Shown here: positions 30,357-32,000 of the stretch, piece by piece
Layout of the letters: each line of letters starts with the position of its first letter
How positions within the stretch are numbered: the first letter of the stretch is position 1
Source of the DNA: an uncultured archaeon
GTDB lineage: Archaea > Iainarchaeota > Iainarchaeia > Iainarchaeales > CSSED10-239
DNA: 32,000 nucleotides
Reading direction: 5' to 3'
Assembly: GCA_964496765.1 (NCBI GenBank)
Contig: CAZCAP010000002.1
Coordinates: 66,376-98,375, forward strand
The notes under the pieces: generated by a model
The model's input: only the letters and a program-made list of their open reading frames with translations
The model's database searches: none
Told to the model about the DNA's origin: nothing
Made by a program: the position numbers and the translations under genes

Positions 30357-31694
30357 ATGTCTAATTATAAGCAAGAAAAATCAAGTTCTTTCTTTATTAA
30401 AAAGATAAATAATAAAGAAATTAAGGTACTTGCAAGCAAAACCCTATTTTCTAAGATCCCTTTTTCTGCATTTGAACAACTTGAATCTATTTCTTTGATT
30501 AAAGAAGTTGAAAGTCCAATTATTGCTCATCCAGATATTCAACCAGGATTTTCTGTTCCCATTGGAACTGTTTTTTTAAGTAATGCAAAAACAGGAATTA
30601 TTTCCCCATCAGCAATTGGGTTTGATATTAATTGTGGAATTAGATTAATTAAAACAAATTTATTTTTAAAAGATATTTCTAAAGAGCAACTTTTATCTCT
30701 TAAAAATGAACTAACTAAACTTCCTCTTGGTTTGTCTAAAAAAGGAATGAAGATAACTAGAAAGGATTTAGACAATATATTAAATAATGGAATTAATTGG
30801 TGTGTTTCTAAAAAAATGTGTTCAAAGGAGCACTCTAAAAGAATAGATATGGGGGGATGCTATGCAGGAGCAAGTTCTTCTTTTGTTTCCAAGGAAGCAA
30901 AGGAACTTGGGCTTCTTGAGCTTGGAACGCTAGGGGAAGGTAATCATTTTATTGATGTTCTTATTGTTTCTGATATTTGTAATAAGTCTCTTGCGACTAA
31001 ATATAAACTTAAGAAAAATCAAATAATAATTTTAATTCATAGTGGCTCTCGTGGTCTTGGGCACAGAGTAGCAACAGACTATAATAAGCTATGTGAAAAT
31101 AAACATCCTTTTACATATACTAAATTTAATTCTAAGATTGGACAAGATTATTTTAAAGCAATGAAGGCAGCAGGAAATTTTGCCTTTGTTAATAGAGAGA
31201 TTCTTTCAAAACAAATACAATATATATTTTCTGTTATATTTGTTGGACACTCAAAAGTGAAATTAGATCTCATTTATGATCTTTGCCATAACACTGCAAC
31301 TCTTGAAAAAATAAAAGGTAAAGATTATGTGGTTCATAGAAAAGGCGCAACCCTTTCAACAAAAGGGAACCCAATTATCTTACCAGGTTCAATGCTTGAC
31401 TATAGTTATTTATTATCTCCATCAACAGGCATGAAGCAAACACATAATACCTTTCCTCATGGATTAGGAAGAAGTTTATCAAGAAGCATAGCTAAAGAAA
31501 AAATAAATATTAAAGATTTAAGAAAATTAATGCTGGACAAGGGAGTTCTTCTTGGTGGAAGAAGTGAAGGAGTAATGAGAGAGGAACAACCAAATGCTTA
31601 CAAATCTTCAAAAGAGATTATTTCAATAATCGAAAAATCCAAACTTGCAAAAAAAATAGTTTCATTTAAACCAATAATTGTTTTAACAGGATAA
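30357..31694 (+). CDS. rtcB: RNA 3'-phosphate ligase RtcB
   Basis: GFDINCGIR, GEGNHFIDV, HSGSRGLGH and CHNTA metal/GMP-binding motifs. Confidence 0.95.
   Translation: MSNYKQEKSSSFFIKKINNKEIKVLASKTLFSKIPFSAFEQLESISLIKEVESPIIAHPDIQPGFSVPIGTVFLSNAKTGIISPSAIGFDINCGIRLIKTNLFLKDISKEQLLSLKNELTKLPLGLSKKGMKITRKDLDNILNNGINWCVSKKMCSKEHSKRIDMGGCYAGASSSFVSKEAKELGLLELGTLGEGNHFIDVLIVSDICNKSLATKYKLKKNQIIILIHSGSRGLGHRVATDYNKLCENKHPFTYTKFNSKIGQDYFKAMKAAGNFAFVNREILSKQIQYIFSVIFVGHSKVKLDLIYDLCHNTATLEKIKGKDYVVHRKGATLSTKGNPIILPGSMLDYSYLLSPSTGMKQTHNTFPHGLGRSLSRSIAKEKINIKDLRKLMLDKGVLLGGRSEGVMREEQPNAYKSSKEIISIIEKSKLAKKIVSFKPIIVLTG
31232..31249 (+). repeat. 18-nt word copy D (exact)
   Basis: TGTTATATTTGTTGGACA on the plus strand inside rtcB, on the sense strand, read as S-V-I-F-V-G-H. 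Confidence 0.9.
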
Positions 31695-31713
31695 AAAAGG
31701 GAAGTGATTAATT

Positions 31714-32000
31714 ATGGCCTATGGAGCAGGAATAAGTTTAATGGCAACATCTTCAGGAAAGTTTTTTGCAGAACTAATTTTACCACACCTAAACGAAAAC
31801 CTAATGATAAATGGAATGAAACCAATTAAGTTAACAGAAACACAGGAAACCAAATTTGAGAACACGGAGATTAAATCAAATATTCTTGAATCAATAAGAG
31901 GACATGATGTGTATATTGTTTGTGATGTTTCAAATAGATCTGGTGGTCTTTCAATAAATGATAATGTGGTTGCTCTCAAGACATTGGTTGCCTCTGCAAG
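31714..32000 (+). CDS. prs: Ribose-phosphate pyrophosphokinase (PRPP synthetase), 5' partial
   Basis: I translated this myself from the ATG at 31714: MAYGAGISLMATSSGKFFAELI..KFENTEIKSNILESIRGHDVYIVCDVS..NDNVVALKTLVASA. It matches the Prs N-terminal pattern (F.dGE..v.i.esvRG.dv.iv....ND.lmEL....dA.k.aSA). Open to the window end. Confidence 0.75.
   Translation, partial: MAYGAGISLMATSSGKFFAELILPHLNENLMINGMKPIKLTETQETKFENTEIKSNILESIRGHDVYIVCDVSNRSGGLSINDNVVALKTLVASA

Overview
This is an AT-rich (about 30% GC by eye), very gene-dense archaeal chromosome segment. RFC, Cdc48, archaeal class III signal-peptide pilins and the tight gene packing suggest a small-genome, DPANN-like archaeon, but that is inference only. 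I support about 36 protein genes and found no rRNA, tRNA, CRISPR array or IS element. Left third: a XerA-like tyrosine recombinase, a deoxynucleotide-supply cluster (HD phosphohydrolase, cob(I)alamin adenosyltransferase, B12-dependent class II RNR, dUTPase), a KaiC-like ATPase, a Cys-rich small ORF, Cdc48, topoisomerase IA, Lrp/AsnC and a MiaB-like methylthiotransferase. Middle: the RFC small subunit abuts a ~9.5 kb Epd/Tad-like type IV filament locus. That locus holds an ATPase, two split PilC-like genes, six Gln+1 class III signal-peptide proteins, a long-form prepilin peptidase and three translationally coupled membrane proteins of unknown role. Right: SDR, JAMM/MPN, grpE-dnaK-dnaJ, rtcB and a partial prs. 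The strongest signal not explained by genes is the 18-nt word TGTTATATTTGTTGGACA. It occurs four times exactly and once with one mismatch, always on the sense strand of the local genes, in intergenic DNA and in coding DNA read in two different frames. All functional calls rest on motif recognition by eye; no database search was possible.
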